Part shown: positions 7,270 through 7,415 of the stretch, in pieces
Layout of the letters: each line of letters opens with the position of its first letter
How positions within the stretch are numbered: position 1 is the stretch's first letter
Assembly (NCBI RefSeq): GCF_006345805.1
Contig: NW_021828889.1
Span: 1-7,415, forward strand
From: Octopus sinensis
Taxonomy: Eukaryota
Direction of reading: 5' to 3'
Length of the DNA stretch: 7,415 nt
Made by a program: the position numbers and the translations under genes
The notes under the pieces: model-generated
What the model was told of the DNA's origin: nothing
Seen by the model: the letters and a program-made list of their open reading frames with translations, nothing else
Database searches by the model: none

Positions 7270-7415
7270 ATAAATATATTGACACGGAATGCACATACAC
7301 ACACAAATGAACATATAGACACATATACATGCACAAACATATACAGAACATAGCTAACATATACACATACAGTTACATGCGTGTACATGCGTACGCATAA
7401 AAACAGATACATAAC
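7130..7415. repeat. Long degenerate TA/TATG/CA microsatellite mosaic
   Basis: Read directly from sequence. Includes a perfect TA run at ~7229-7260. Confidence 0.92.

Noticed and set aside
6164-7412. ORFs 6164-6604, 6432-6689, 7056-7310, 7108-7353 and 7203-7412
   Set aside because: They are stop-poor microsatellite mosaics giving Y/I/V/C/H/T-rich nonsense peptides.

Overview
AT-rich eukaryotic repeat DNA with no intact gene. The tRNA-derived SINE types and dense microsatellites resemble an octopus/cephalopod genome (from recall, not verified). The window is dominated by decayed rolling-circle transposon (Helitron) material on the + strand. (i) A candidate non-autonomous Helitron runs from 1669 to 3312, with a 5' TC, a 3' decayed hairpin plus CTAG, and A|T flanks. 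It carries a frameshifted Pif1-family helicase C-terminus (~1790-2529) whose stop codon directly abuts a fragment that normally lies upstream of the Rep domain (~2530-2745). (ii) A second fragment (~4481-5850) encodes the RepHel N-terminus: an OTU-type cysteine protease domain, a charged linker, a CxxC...CC Zn-finger-like motif and the conserved pre-Rep block. The three RepHel pieces do not overlap and lie in reverse of their normal order. No Rep HUH motifs or helicase motifs I-III are visible. Also present are two near-complete tRNA-derived SINEs on the - strand (408-747, 3974-4389), an older 3' fragment of the second family (228-368, +), two inverted-repeat structures (1-210, 6059-6116) and many microsatellites. 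The supplied ORFs are repeat artefacts or pieces of Helitron pseudo-ORFs. I see no evidence of a new functional system. The most interesting points are the permuted Helitron architecture and the OTU-RepHel fusion.
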